64,000 bases of DNA, from NCBI RefSeq assembly GCF_006345805.1, contig NC_042997.1:180544001-180608000 (forward strand), given 5' to 3'. The DNA comes from Octopus sinensis. Taxonomy: Eukaryota. The notes beneath the pieces are model-generated. The model was not told where the DNA came from and ran no database searches. It worked only from the letters and a program-made list of their open reading frames with translations. Positions 12,451-26,535 of this stretch are shown here, piece by piece. Numbering within the stretch: position 1 is the first letter of the stretch; each line of letters begins with the position of its first letter. A program made the position numbers and the translations under genes.

Positions 12451-12986
12451 GTAGTAGTGGTAGTGATAGAGATGATGATAATAACAACAACATCAACATG
12501 CACTAAGTAACCTGATATAAAACGTACTACCATTCACACTCGAAGGATAAAATACATTTGCTGACTACTGACCCACTCTTCGATAGCTAGTCACATGTTT
12601 TCCTAACCAGAAGAGTTGAAAAGACCAAAGTTTAGGCTATTTTTAGAATACTAACACCATGTGTATGAAATATTTTGGTTGAATTTGTATTTAGTTCAAA
12701 GGGGTTTTCAAACGTTGTTAATAACAACATAACAACATGAAGAAGCAACAATTACCACCAAAATGCACACTAAGATGCAAAATGTAGTGTGCACGACAAA
12801 TGCAGCAGAAACCTATATAGGTGAAGAAATGGAAAGGCGTGATTGGCTGCAGAATAAAACTGGTTATATAAATCTTTGTTCTCATTATTAATTTGTGTAT
12901 ATGTGTGTGTGTATGTATGTGTATATGAATATATATATGTATATTTGTATATGTATATATGTATAAGTATATATATGTATGTATGT

Positions 12987-13024
<38 letters not shown>

Positions 13025-13448
13025 ATATATATATGTATATTTGTATATATATATATATATATATACAGAGAGAGAGAGAGGGAGAGGGAGAGGGGGAGAG
13101 TTTATGAGAGGTAATGGTGTCAATAAGACCCAAGGGTGTTAGGTAATACTGAATAAGTGCTATGGACAGGCTATAGTTAAACTCCATGTTGAGTGATTAC
13201 GCGAATGAGGAGTGTAACGTAGGTCATATATCATATATGAGTTAAAAATCCAAAGGTGTGAAAAAATTTAGAACATTTATAAATAGGTCTTACAGCTCTT
13301 TCCGTGATTTTTATATATCCCTTCATATGTGTGTGTGTGTGTGTAACTATGCATGCAAGGCACATTATAGGGGCGACAAAGCATTTATGGGGCGACAAAA
13401 CACACATATACATATATGTACGCGTGCACGCATGTACATATACATAGG

Positions 13449-13483
<35 letters not shown>

Positions 13484-13618
13484 CGATGAAAGAATATATG
13501 AAATAATCCGGAAACAGCTGTAAGACCTAAATAAATGTTCTAAAATCTTTCACAGCCGTGGATTTTTATCTCATTCTGAAAACTTATATATATATATATA
13601 CGTGTGTGTGTGTGTGTG

Positions 13619-13658
<40 letters not shown>

Positions 13659-14959
13659 TGTGTGTGTGGCGATGCTGGTGCCTTTACAAGATTATATGTG
13701 AATCTTTATTCCTTGTTATAACTTTTCTCTGGCTTATTTTAAATTTTATCAGTATGCACTTCTGTTTTAATTTCCCATGACCATACGCCAAAATTCGACT
13801 CGAAAATGTTAGGCAATCAATCCAAACTTTTCTTGTCACGCATATCATAGCATTATATTTTAAGAATCCCCCGACAGCAATAACATCTCTCTGATGAATT
13901 CCAAATCAATTTCTTTTCCTAAAAATTTTATCTCAAACTCTCACTTTCTTCTACACTTCTTTTGGTATCATCATATTCGCTTTCCTTTAAGCCAGTATAT
14001 ATTACTTATTTTCTGATCTTAATAAGACTTTTATTCTTTAAACTAATATCTCATTTTTCTTTAGTCTCCTACTATTTTCGATTTTTTCTTCATATTTCCA
14101 TTCCCTGATCTCTGTTCTAGTCTCTCACCTCTTTATTTTCTCCAATTAAATCTCAATTAATCTTTTAATTTTATTTCTCAACGCACTTCACGATATAATT
14201 ACATTTTCAGTCTTTCTCAAATTACATCCTCCTCTTACTTTCAGCAGCGCTACCATATTCTATACCACATGCGGCTTTCTTTTTTTTTCCATCAACTTCT
14301 TACCCACTTTCTAGTGTCCATTACCAATTCCTTTTAATATTTTCTATCTCTGCTTCTCTCTTTTACTATCCCCTTCTCTGTTTCACACACACACACACAC
14401 ACTCTCTCCTACTTTCTTTCTCTATCTCAGTTCATATATGTGCGTATGTGTGTGTACATGCGTGATTGCGTGTATATCAGTACATACACATGTATTAAAC
14501 AGAAATACAGAAAGAGAAATACTCAAATATTTCTAGTTCTATTAACTCCGTCTCTAGAGGATGTGTCACAATTACAGACTAGTTATTTAGAAGAGTTCCA
14601 CAACCGAAGGGAAGATAACCTCAAGCATCAGGGATTATCCATATTTGAGATTCCACTAGAAAATAAGTCAGCCTAATATCTAGTGATAACAGAGCAGGTG
14701 TGGGTGTGCATTTCAGTTTCAAGAGTCATTACCAGCACGACAATTATCCTAAACTATTTCTAGCAGCCTAGTGACAAGGACATAGAAAAAAGAAAAGAAA
14801 AGAAATATTTGCACAGATTAAGCAAAAATAGAGAAAACAAGCTATCTAGGAGAAGGATACACTGAAATTAAACCTGCAGTCTCTAAGAGCATCCCATGGT
14901 GAGGATCCATTCCCCTTTATGGGTTATGCTTTTGGCAACCAGCAGAACTGAGAAAAACA

Positions 14960-15262
14960 TCGCAGATATGCGTGTAGTTGTGTGGAGTTGTCGTCGAATC
15001 ACCATCCGTGAGGTATTAGATGTGCAGATTAGTTACGGCTCAGTTCAGTCAATTATCACTGAAGATTGGGTGAGACGCTTGTCTGCCGAGTTTGTGCCAA
15101 AACTGCATTCAGCTGACCAAAAAGACACTCGGGCTTCAGTTGCACGATGAACAATTTTTGAAGACTTTGTGTAGACCTCTGAGTATGTATCATCTTTACT
15201 CTGTGTATTTCAGCTTTGTTAGTATGACAACAGTCCGGACACTTATTGATCAAACAACATAT
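14960..15262 (+). mobile_element. Mariner transposon relic (HTH fragment plus right TIR)
   Basis: RRITIREVLDVQISYGSVQSIITEDWVRRLSAEFVPKLHSADQK; mariner-like terminus gtccggacacttattgatcaaacaaca followed by TA. Confidence 0.75.
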
Positions 15263-15715
15263 AAGTCAGAAAGCAAAAAATAACCGACAGAATAAGGTAA
15301 TGGACTAAGATGTAAGAGATGAACAGAAAATGTATGAACATAAATGAATAAAATAATGTATGAAACATTCTTTGAAAATATCAGTTAATTTAAGAGGATA
15401 TTTTACTGGCCGACACAAAATTTATAACGTTAATCATTATTGGCGGATAGTTAAAGACAAAGTTGTGTGTTAAAGAGGTCATAAAAAAGTGCTTCGTTAA
15501 AAATCCTTTAAGTTATCACAAAATTATAACTATAGATAACAAAGGATATCAAAGGAGAATGTCTTGATAGATAGTGAGAAAAGCAGAGATAAAAATAGCA
15601 TTGCTCTATAATGGATAAAAGATATATACAAGGAATAAAAATATAAGGAATAAAAATATACAGATGTACTAAGCTCTATATTTATTTTAACTGTCTTTGT
15701 TCGTGTGTATATATG

Positions 15716-15761
<46 letters not shown>

Positions 15762-16072
15762 ATTATATATATATATATATATATACATATATGTAAGTAT
15801 ATATATGTATATGTATATGTATATATATATATATACTTTGATACTTTGATAGGTTTCGGCCATTATTGGCCCAGGCCATGTCTAACTTAATAGCACCACC
15901 TGGTATATATATATGTATATACATATACATATACATACATACGTGTGTGTATACATACGCATAGATTTATATATGTATAAATATACATACGTATATGGAT
16001 ATATATATATATATAGACACGCGCACAAACACACACACACACACATATATATATACATATATATACATATAT

Positions 16073-16126
<54 letters not shown>

Positions 16127-16139
16127 AAACTTACTCGAC

Positions 16140-16340
16140 CTTTGTACAGAACTACATCAATCGTTCTACAAACAGCACTAAGACCTTAAGTATGTCAGCT
16201 TCATCTCAAATCACCCTAAAAGCATTATAAACTCCACTCTAAATGGTGTATTGATTAGAATATCAAAACATCCAGCAATTGAAGATATATTTAAAAAACC
16301 TTGAGAAGGGCTACAACCTGGCCCTAGCGGAAATATGTAA
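16140..16340 (+). pseudogene. Penelope-like RT C-terminal remnant
   Basis: [28 protein letters not shown] resembles the YV..xSNHPxxI motif of PLE RT thumb domains. Confidence 0.5.
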
Positions 16341-16684
16341 CGGCGTAAAACTTAAATGTATTCTAAACTATGATCTTCTTAAGAATACTAGTGTTACAAG
16401 TTCAACTTATTTTAACTTGGGTTCTCACAAGAGTAGTACTAAAAGAAAGAATTCCAGAACTTGAGGTAAAAGATATAAGAATTCTAATAGTATCATGAAC
16501 GGTATAGTAGGGTCGATGGACGCTATAACACTCTCAATAAACGTTAAAGTATACTTTGCTTATTTAAATGACTTAGAGTTACTTTTATCTGTAAATTTTC
16601 ACGAACCATTATATTGTTTCATGGTTCGACTTACAGACAGTAACGGATTCTGTAGCATATTCAACCAGTATATATAGTTTCGGT

Positions 16685-16990
16685 GGAGGCGCAATGGTCC
16701 AGTGGTTAGGGTAGCGGACTCGCGGTCGGAGGATCGCGGTTTCGATTCCCAGACCGGGCGTTGTGTGTGTTTATTGAGCGAAAATACTTGAAGCTCCACG
16801 AGGGTCCGACAGGGGATGATGGCGACCCGTGTTGTACTCTTTCACCCCAACTGTCTTTCACTCTCTCTCTCTCATCGTGCTTCTTGAGTAGCGCTGCGAT
16901 GGACTGGCGTCCCGTACAGCTGGGGGGAACACATACGCCACAGAAACTGGGAAACAGGGCCCACAAGCCTGGCTAGGCTTGAAAATAAAC
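16685..16990 (+). mobile_element. tRNA-derived SINE, family B
   Basis: Box A tggtccagtgg and box B ggtttcgattccc; body gcgatggactggcgtcccgtacagctgggggg...cagaaactggga. Confidence 0.85.
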
Positions 16991-18080
16991 ATAGTTTCTA
17001 CCGATGATAAGATGCTCGAAGACTTTCGAAAATCATGTTGAAGTTTCACTGAATTGTGGGTGAAGCCTTCATGGTTTTATATTTTGTATATCATCATATG
17101 TGTGAAGGGTATATTCATTTAAGTAACTAAGCTGAGGGAGCACAATTTTGCTCCCTTCTAAATATGTAACTATTTACTAGTTTCACACGTTCTCATTTCA
17201 AAATTCTTCGAGATACAATTTAAATTTCATCATTCAGTGACTGACACAATCTTTAGAGCACTTGAGGGACTACCTTACATTTAGGGTCAAGTACTTTGCA
17301 TTCTGAATTCAAATTTCCTCATGTGCTACTTGGGTAATTTACCTACTATTTCATTCGGTTGGACACCAAAACCAGAAAAATTTAGTTTCATTAGAGGATC
17401 TAAATCTTTTCCAAGTATTCTTACCAGATCATCTCTTTGTGAATACCGTCCTAGCTCTCATAACAGTCTCAGACCTACTGAAAAAGTATCAGAGGTGTTG
17501 TTTTTCTCCATGACCATATGATTTATATAAAAATTACATTTTCACTACTATAAAATCTGGGATCCAACAAAACATCTGTTAGTTTGCTCCGGTAAATATA
17601 ATACATACGAAAATTCAGTGGAGTGTTTTGTGAGTAGATTTGCCGTAACACAAATCTGAAGGCACCGAGTATGACAAACTACCTTATATAACTCTGATAG
17701 GAATTCTACAATACATGTTTATATGCTTTAAGTATCCTTGTTGCAAAATACTTGTTGCAAAATACATTGACGTCTATTTCACGTTCAACTAGTACTGATG
17801 AACGGAACAGAAGAAAACCTGCAAAACTATGACTAAAATTATATTACTTTGTCTAAGGGGAATAAATCAAAGTGAATTTATGAGTTGATTAATCTTCCAT
17901 TAGTATGTCTAAAAAAAAAACAAGGTGATGTGTCTACTTCACATACATTCACACACATACGCATACTTATACAAATATATACACACACATACTTATACAA
18001 ATACACGGATACACACTGCTATGGACTTTATATATGCATACACCATACAAATGTATGTATATACATACTTACATATATAT

Positions 18081-18114
<34 letters not shown>

Positions 18115-18186
18115 CATATATATATACATATATATATGTGTGCGTGTGTGTGTGTGTGTATGTACATATATGTATATGCCTGTTTG

Positions 18187-18218
<32 letters not shown>

Positions 18219-20349
18219 AGTGTACGTTTTCAGCAGACGTTTATTGTTCACTTTAAATTGTGGCGGAAACTTTGTTTCATATAAATTTTTATAGAATTTT
18301 GTTTTCATATACAAATCATTTTACGACTCGAGGCATAGATTAGAATTCAAGTTAGTTATATCTTCATATTTTTCTTTTTTCCAATGTGAATTTTATATTT
18401 CTAAGAGTAGAATTTATTTAATTCTTGCACAGTCCATAATTATCTTTGGTATGCCTATTCCTAAAATAAAGATTAATGCAGATTAATCTTATGTATAGCT
18501 TCAAGAAATTTGTCTTGGAAATGCTAAGGAGGATTGGAAGGTACTCAGATTATTTCCCTCGTTCCTTTCTTTTTCTTATGTGTTCTCTAAACTTCCCTCG
18601 CTCTCTCTTTGTCTTTCTCTCTCTCTCTCGCTCATTCTCTCTCACACACACACACACACACACAACACACACACACACGCACACACACACAACCTCTTTA
18701 TCTCTCTTGAAACTTACATTTTATTCCTTTAAAAGATGCGGTTGTGAAATTACACAATTTCATTGGTCATTGAGTGTTCTCAGTAGCATAAGTATCCGAG
18801 ATGGCTGGCGAAACAATTGATATTTACATAATGTTTCAATTTCTGCTGGAGTCAAGAAACAAGAAATAAATACATGATCTCCCCCGATCAACCTACAATT
18901 AATTATGAAGATCTGTATCAACGAAACTTTACTCTCTTTTATTGGATCGCTTCACTTATGAGTGCAAATACATCAAACATATATATCTTTAGTTTTCCAT
19001 CTCAGAGTTTTCCATCTTTGATGGGTCTGGTAACATATACTTTATCGTCACTAAAGGTTGTGTGTACTGCTCACATATCTTGTACGAATACTACCAACAC
19101 TCATAGCAATCTATTCTGTTTGTTGGTGTTAGAGTATCGATTCTCTTTGACAAAATCCGCATATATTATATAATATCAAGAAATATTCCCTAGTGTGTTC
19201 GACAGACCCGAAAAAGTGATTTAATATTATATGGATAACTAAGAGCTTTAATCAACTAAAAGTCCTATTAGGTTTACCAAACTTCTTTCACCAACAAGAT
19301 CTCATTCAATTCCATTAGCCCCTGAGGTTATTTTACCAAAATAGACACACGATTTTGGTTGCTTCCATTCAATTTCCACTGGTGCTTTAGCATAATGTTG
19401 GGCAAATGGACCCTAGCCTCATATAGAATACCAAAAAGCTAATAAATCCTAACCAAGACCATACCCCTCAGTTTGAGTTACTTAGAATGAGAATTATCTT
19501 CCAATTTATTTTTAACTTTCTATCATATTGAGAGAGTTTTGTCTATCATTGCTGGGGTTTCGACGTTTCCAGCGTGCTTTCACAGTAAACTATTAAGTTA
19601 TGCCATGGGTATGTTACATAAGCTATCAGATCCAGTTCCCCAAATTTTCCATATTTAATATTAAAATATTCAATATATATATTTGTTCCGAAAACATAAT
19701 TTGAAACATACTTTGTATTATTCATAACTTTCATGTTTGTTATTTTCGCTTTCACATCGGAATTCCAAATTCTAGCATTTTTAATATTATATATGAGAAA
19801 ATCATGAAGAAATGTTACTCATATTTGACTTATATATCTCTGCTTTTATAATTATATCAGTGTTTTAATATCAAAATTTTAATATTAATTTATATGTCAG
19901 TAGTTAACTTATTGGTAATTATACGCTACCTTTGGGAATGGTGTTCCATGGACAATAAGAATATTACTTTAATGCAAATTTCCCTCGTTGATTCTTATAA
20001 ATTATTTCTTATAAAATTGATTTTCTTTAACATGAATATAATCAAATGTAAGAATAAAAAATGTTCTAGTAGAATTGTTTTTGGTTTATAATATCATTAT
20101 AAATTACAGAAAATGGGGAAATTATAAATGTGCACTCGATGTGATTGTATGCGTGAATATGAAAATATAAATTAAATATTTATCTGAGGCAAACCTATAT
20201 ATAGCTGGTAAAATTATATATCTGGAAATGCACAAGAACGCATGTATTTATATCTCGATGCACGGAAATACACGTGACAGAATTAAAGAATAAAACTATA
20301 AGAGAAGCAGAGACATAATAAAAGAGACACGCACATATATATATAAAGG

Positions 20350-20403
<54 letters not shown>

Positions 20404-20729
20404 CAAAGAGAAAAGCAAAGAGGGAGACATATATGTACCTATACAAATGTCTATGTATATCTAAATAAATGTATATTTGTGTTTGTGTGTGTGTGTGTTT
20501 GTGAATGTGGATATGCATTTGTGTTTATATCAGCAATTTATTAACGTTAAAAGTGCAAATATTTAGAAACATGTTCCTTTGAAAAGCCATCACATGTACC
20601 AACATTTACACACACAAGCATGCGCGCACAACGTTCGGGCAAAAACTTCATAATTTGCATCATAAGAAAAGAAAACAAAAAAATATATATATATTATGGT
20701 TGGGATATAAGAGTTTACTTAAACTAAAC

Positions 20730-21085
20730 ATTCTCAGCTTCCACCACTGCTGCAACAAGCCGCCGGAACCAGGCGCATGCATTCTTCACTCACTGTCTTC
20801 TTGATCAGATCTTCGAATGCCTCCTTGATCTTGGTCTCGATCTAGGACTTAGTGTAACATACAGAATCAATGTTGTCTTTCCCAACCGTGAACTACACAT
20901 AGTAATCCATGGTATTACAATAGGGATAATTAAGAGGTCAGAAATTGTGGCTGGTGAAGTTGTATAAATTCTCCGACAGCCACTTCTAACTCATTTTCAG
21001 AAGTATGACAAGGAACCAGATCCTACTCTCACTCATATGGTCTACCAGCTGCAATCCTCTTCAAGTAGTGCCTGAACACATTCTC
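20730..21085 (-). mobile_element. Tc1/mariner transposase C-terminal relic
   Basis: RIAAGRPY..DLVPCHTS..CNTMDYYV..TKIKEAFEDL matches a degenerate QQDSAPCHT / WPPNSPDCNPxDYY region. Confidence 0.7.
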
Positions 21086-21145
21086 CATAACATATTCATA
21101 TTCAGAAACACACATAGATATACATTTATACATATATATATATAT

Positions 21146-21361
21146 GATCGCCATGTTGATTCGCTAGCTTCTGCACGCATTTTTTTTCGCTCCTTGTTTC
21201 TCTCCGTGTTTCTTTTCTGTGTATCTTTCTGTTGAAGAGCGTAGGCTCGAAACGTAAAAGACTTGTTTTATTTATATTCCTGAGCGCCATACTAATACAA
21301 TTGTTTGTTTGTTTGTATTCCACCTGCCTTCGTCTTTTGTTTATTTTCATAAAGCTTCCCG

Positions 21362-21363
<2 letters not shown>
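21146..21363 (+). mobile_element. Non-autonomous PLE-like terminal repeat in (TA)n with a hammerhead-like motif
   Basis: Second copy at about 27260-27457; tcttt-CTGTTGA-A-gagc-gtag-gctc-GAAA-CG-TA-aaaga; flanked by TA tracts. Confidence 0.6.
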
Positions 21364-21442
<79 letters not shown>

Positions 21443-21824
21443 CATGGTTTTATTCCAAAGAATAAACGGTGCAAGATGCAATCTTCTCATCAGGAACAAC
21501 AAGACAAAATAATAATTGCGGTGACTGCCTACATGGTAAACAAAACGTTAATAAGTGTTTAAAATAAAGCGTTAGTAGAATAGACGTCAAAGTTAGATAG
21601 TAGGAAGAGAAGGGTTAAAGGAATAATAAGTAGGGAACAAACAGATAGGGATGGGTACGTTGATTAAAAGAATGTTCAAAGTCTTAGAAAAGAATTTCTC
21701 TATTGAAGTGGAGTGCACGTTAAACTAATTCATTCACCTATCGAAATATATATATATATTCATTGGGGTTTACGGTTAAGGTTCTCTTCATCGTTTCCTT
21801 TTTCATTCCATTCTAAGCTATATA

Positions 21825-22183
21825 TTCCGGGTTCCATTCCTTGGGCAAGTGCCTTCTACTATAGCCTCGGGCCAAGAAAGCCTTGTGAGTGGATTTGGTA
21901 GACAGAGGCTGAAAAAAGCCCGTTGTATAATTATATGTATGTATGCCTGTGTGTATCTGTGTGTGTGTGTGTCTGTGTGTGTGTTTGTCTCCCTAACATC
22001 ACTTGACAACCGATGTTGCTGTGTTTACGTCCCCGTAGCCTAGCAGTTCGGCAAAAGAGATGGATAGAATATGTACTAGGCTTACAAAGAATAAGCCCTG
22101 GAGTCGATTTTCTCGACTAAAGGCAGTGCTCCAGTATGGCCGCAGTCAAATAACTGAAATAAGGAAAAAAGGGAAAAAGAGTA
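21825..22183 (+). mobile_element. SINE family A, 5'-truncated
   Basis: Aligns to 1410-1861. Confidence 0.88.
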
Positions 22184-22585
22184 CATCCAATTGAAGTACA
22201 GTCTCGAAAATATGAATAATTTGCACTTCTCTGGGCGTGAAACTAATAATCATCCGACTTAAATATCCCGTTTGATTATTTTTTTCTGTCCCCCTCATTT
22301 ATCTCTTTATCGTCTGAATCTGCTTTCTTTTTGTCTGTATACACATACCTATTCACACACATTATATGTGTGTGTATGTGTCTGTGTTTTTGTATATATG
22401 TGTGTTTTTGTTTGTGTGTGTGTGTGCGTGCGTGTGTGCGTGTCTACGTATACATACATATTTGTACGTATTCAACATATGGAAGTGCTGAGCTAGCAGA
22501 TACGTCAGAATTCTTTGCAGTATATAGTCAGTTCTTAACATTCTTAACATTCATAACTCCGAAGAATTCCAGATATTTTTTGAAA

Positions 22586-22992
22586 TACTCTTTTACTCTT
22601 TTACTTGTTTCAGTCATTTGACTGTGGCCATGCTGGAGCACCGACCTTAGCCAAGCAAATCGACCCAGGACTTATTCTTTGTAAGCCTAGTACTTATTCT
22701 ATCGACTCTGTTGCTGAACCGCTAAGTTACGGGGACGTAAACACACCAGCATCGGTTGTCAAGCGATGTTGGGAGGACAGACACAGGCACAGAAACACAC
22801 ACACATATATATATACATATACATATATACGACGGTCTTCTTTCAATTTCCGTCTACTAAATCCACTCACATGGCTCTGGTTGGCCCGAAGCTATAGTAG
22901 AAAACACTTGCCCAAGTTCCACACAGTGGGACTGAACCCGGAACTATATGGTTGGTAAGCAAGCTACTTACCACACAGCCACTCCTGCACCT
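22586..22992 (-). mobile_element. SINE family A, full length
   Basis: Reverse complement of the 1410-1861 family, with an aagagta tail. Confidence 0.9.
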
Positions 22993-23014
22993 ATATTTAT
23001 TTTAAATAGAAAGT

Positions 23015-23765
23015 CCATTCAAGCTGCAAAAGAACGTCAACTTTTCTCCATTACTGTCAAAGTCTTCAGCACAACCAAAGAGACAGAACTATTCTTTTGA
23101 CTCTTACGATCACTAGTCATCTTGGCACTGAAATCAACAATCAGCAGTTTAATATTTTAGCCTGGAGTATTGTCCAGCTTTTATTGAAGGTGGTAGTATT
23201 TATTTTTATGTTCTTCTGTTGCTAACCCGTTTCAAGCGTAGGCAAGTATGATGGACACTTTTGCATGCCTGGTCTTTAAACGATCTTCCCTGAAGCTTTC
23301 ATTTACAAGATTCTATCCAATGAGTGATTTGGCAGTTTTCTTCCTCAGTAGTTGGTGATGATTTGTATGAACTGAATACAAGATAGTTAATCCTTCCTGG
23401 TTAAGTTTGTCACTTCCTGTCCACCTCATTTCATCCAAGCCCAGTGTGTCCCGGTTGTGTCTAATAATTTCTTTATTGACTTCGGCTAGCTTTCCGCTTT
23501 GATATCAAGTGAGGATATTTCAAGTGGCGATGTTTCTGGTTAATTTGGTATGGGAAACGTTGATAGTCAAGATTCGGATGTCCTTTCGCCATTGATCCCG
23601 GTCCGTCATAATAAATCCGTGTTGAATTTGTCCCTCCCTTTCATGGCAGTTTTCTTCACGATTTGGAAATTCCATTATAGTTTCTGTGGTGACTATTTTC
23701 TTAAGAATCAAGTCCCAATCTTACGCCCAACCTTCCTCTTTTGTCAACGTGGATTAGGACAGGCT
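23015..23765 (-). mobile_element. RTE-clade LINE 5' fragment (APE endonuclease), degenerate
   Basis: RNIAT*NILT..GKL, LGLDEMRWTGS, LLIVDFSAK and NGEKLTFFC correspond to the APE motifs GxWNVRT, GLSExRW, GDFNA and NGxxL. Confidence 0.75.
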
Positions 23766-24224
23766 ATGTATGCAGTAACATAAATGTAGTTCTTTGTATA
23801 AAGAACGCAAACCTTAATGCTTTTTCTGTGCGCAGAGGATACTAAACTAGAACATTTTGTAAAATTTCATTATCATATATTTGTATGTTGTGAGGGCCAC
23901 TTAATGCACAATATTTCTTTTTTAAAATATAAACTATTAACTTAAGTACCATGCTAATGAATCCTAAAATCAGCACAATCAGTCATATTCATCCCTTCAT
24001 CGTTTGCTTTTATCAGAGTTCGAGAAAAATGCATGTCAATAACCTATTATTTATCAATACCAAATCTAATGCTTTCAAAGAATCTTGTCGGATTTTATTA
24101 TTTCCAAAACTTTCAACATATATAATTGTAACATGGTACCGACATCTCCGACTTTGTTGCTTTTATATTATACTTCCATAAACATGTATGTATGTATGTA
24201 TGTATGTATGTGTGTGTGTATGTA

Positions 24225-24865
24225 TCCATTCCTGCATGTGATGAAAGCGTTCAAGGACCGCATGTAAGAATCCTTGAATGCTTTCATCAGAGATATCACT
24301 GACACATTCTGTATGTTGGCTGGACCTTAAAAACTCCGGACACACAGGTCCTGAGGACAGCTGATATCTTGAGTATTAAGGCGATGGTGCACAAGCACCG
24401 GTTACGTTGGACTAGAAATATCATTAGCATTAAGGATAGCAGGATCCCTAAGCAGATGCTATATGGATAACTTGAGAATGGAAAGAAACTCCAGCAGAAA
24501 CCAAGGCTGCGATTTAAGGATTGTGTCAAGTCCTCATTAAAGACCTATGATATGCAGGAGACTGACTGGGAGAGTAATGCCTGTGATTACCAAAGATGGA
24601 TGAAGCAGGTTAAGGAGGGGTCGATATTTTTGATAAAGCATGTTTTTTGCATGAAGAACTTAAGCGTGCTGCTCGAAAGAGCACTGCTGGTGTAGTGAAC
24701 GGGGAAAGTTTTGTTTTCAATGTTTGCAGTCGTGTATGCTTATCAAAATCAAGTCTTATTAGCCACTAACGGAGCCGCAAACGTAAAATATTAGTCCTAG
24801 AGCGCACAATATTCCTGAAGATCAGCAATGCTTTTCCTCGATCACGAGTGGACGGCCATTTTATA
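24225..24865 (+). mobile_element. RTE-clade LINE 3' fragment
   Basis: RLRWTRNIISIKDSRIPKQMLYG*L..KPRLRFKDCVKSSLK..WESNA..RW, and C-terminal CSRVCLSKSSLISH. Confidence 0.82.
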
Positions 24866-26492
24866 AGTATGTATGTATGTATGTATGTATGTATGTATGT
24901 ATGTATGTATGTATGTATGTATGCATGTATGTATACACGTATGTCAGTATGCATATGTATGCATACATTTATGGAAATACAATATCAACGATTCAATGTT
25001 CTTTCCAAAACATGGCAATCAAAGCTTGGTGGTACAATACTTTTATCATACTGCAGGCAGTTCTCTATATTTAGTAATAGCGAAACGGTTAATTCAATAG
25101 TAAATGTTGTTTATATTATGAATTATATCTCAGTAATATTATAAGTGTGTGTACGTGTCTGTGTCTGTGCCCGTGTGTGTCTGTGCCTGTGTGTGTCTGT
25201 GCCTGTGTGTCTCTGTGTATAATTAACCTTATCATGAACTATACATGCAAATCACTGTTACAAACAGCATTAGAACATGTTCTTTCGTTATAGAATTGTC
25301 TCTAGCAATACCGAAGAATTGCTTTGTAGCAGTGGCCAAAATAATTCGTTTCTTTAATAATTGGGAAATAGTGCCGCAATCACACAATATTTTTCACTAG
25401 CTCAAATACATCAGACTTTTAAGTTTCTGAATTCGATTTCTCTTCAGTAAATACTGAATGTCTTTCTTTTATGCTTTCATATTTCTTTCATGTTAGTTTC
25501 CTAAAAAAAATTGTTCTTATATTATCGATCCATTATAAAGATAAAATTTCATGTAGACTTACGTTAAGGTACAAAAATAATCTTGTTTGCCACAACTCAA
25601 TCACTAAATCCTCAGGTTGGCAAACGAAAACATATTTAGAATCTATAATTTTAATAATTCCATATTTAAATTTACGGTTTTAATATATATTTCATCATAT
25701 CAATGCTGATCACTATTTGGCAGATACATTTTTGATATCAATGCGCATGCCCAGATTCAGTATTTCAGTACTTTTTCTATCTTTTCAATTAAGACGAAAT
25801 TTACTTTAGAGTATTTGAACTATTGAAGATGAAATATACTGTTAATATGCAATGTATAAATGTTGGCATTAGTTACCAAGGACTGAACAACCATAAACGA
25901 TGGTCAATAATGATACACTTTTTATTCTTCGTGTTAGATTGATAAAACGTACGCGCAAAAAGCGAAAACATATAGATAGACATCTCTGATATTTCCCGTT
26001 CTATTGACTGAAAGGAAATTCTAAAGTAAAGGTTACTATATGACTATACTAATAAATACATTTACATAGACACACTTATTCATATATATACATACATGTA
26101 TATATGAAAATATTTTCATTCCTATATATAAACGCCCAAGTGATGCGTCGATATATAAATGCCCAAGTGATACGATCGTGGTGAAGTACATGTGTATGCA
26201 TGTATGTATGTATGTATGTATATATACACACATATGCGTAAGTATACATACACACACATATATATATATATATATATTAATAAACAAACACACATACACA
26301 CGAACACATATATATACAATTATTTAATGTTGATAGGTTTATTTTAGTTTATATATGTTTATATATTGATTATATATGGATTATATATAGGTTATATATA
26401 GATTATATATTTATATTTTTTTCATTAATACTTTAATTATTTTAAAATTATTATTTTTATATTTTAAAATATTGATATTTTAGATTGGAAGT

Positions 26493-26535
26493 CCACCTGA
26501 AGATTGTCGATCAGGACAAGAAACAATTGTAGTGG
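26493..26535 (+). ncRNA. Minimal type I hammerhead ribozyme
   Basis: CCAC-CTGAAGA-TTGTC-gatcag-GACAA-GAAA-C-aatt-G-TA-GTGG: all core nucleotides present, stems I, II and III pair, palindromic loop III; predicted cleavage after 26531. Confidence 0.8.

Noticed and set aside
16685-16760. tRNA gene (also the heads of SINE A and C)
   Set aside because: No complete cloverleaf; each continues into a SINE body.
17200-17520. Minus-strand coding-like stretch (DLVRILGKDLDPLMKLNF)
   Set aside because: No diagnostic motif; too degenerate to assign.
19545-19595. Possible hammerhead on the minus strand (ctgtgaaag..gaaacgtc)
   Set aside because: Core incomplete and no convincing stem I.
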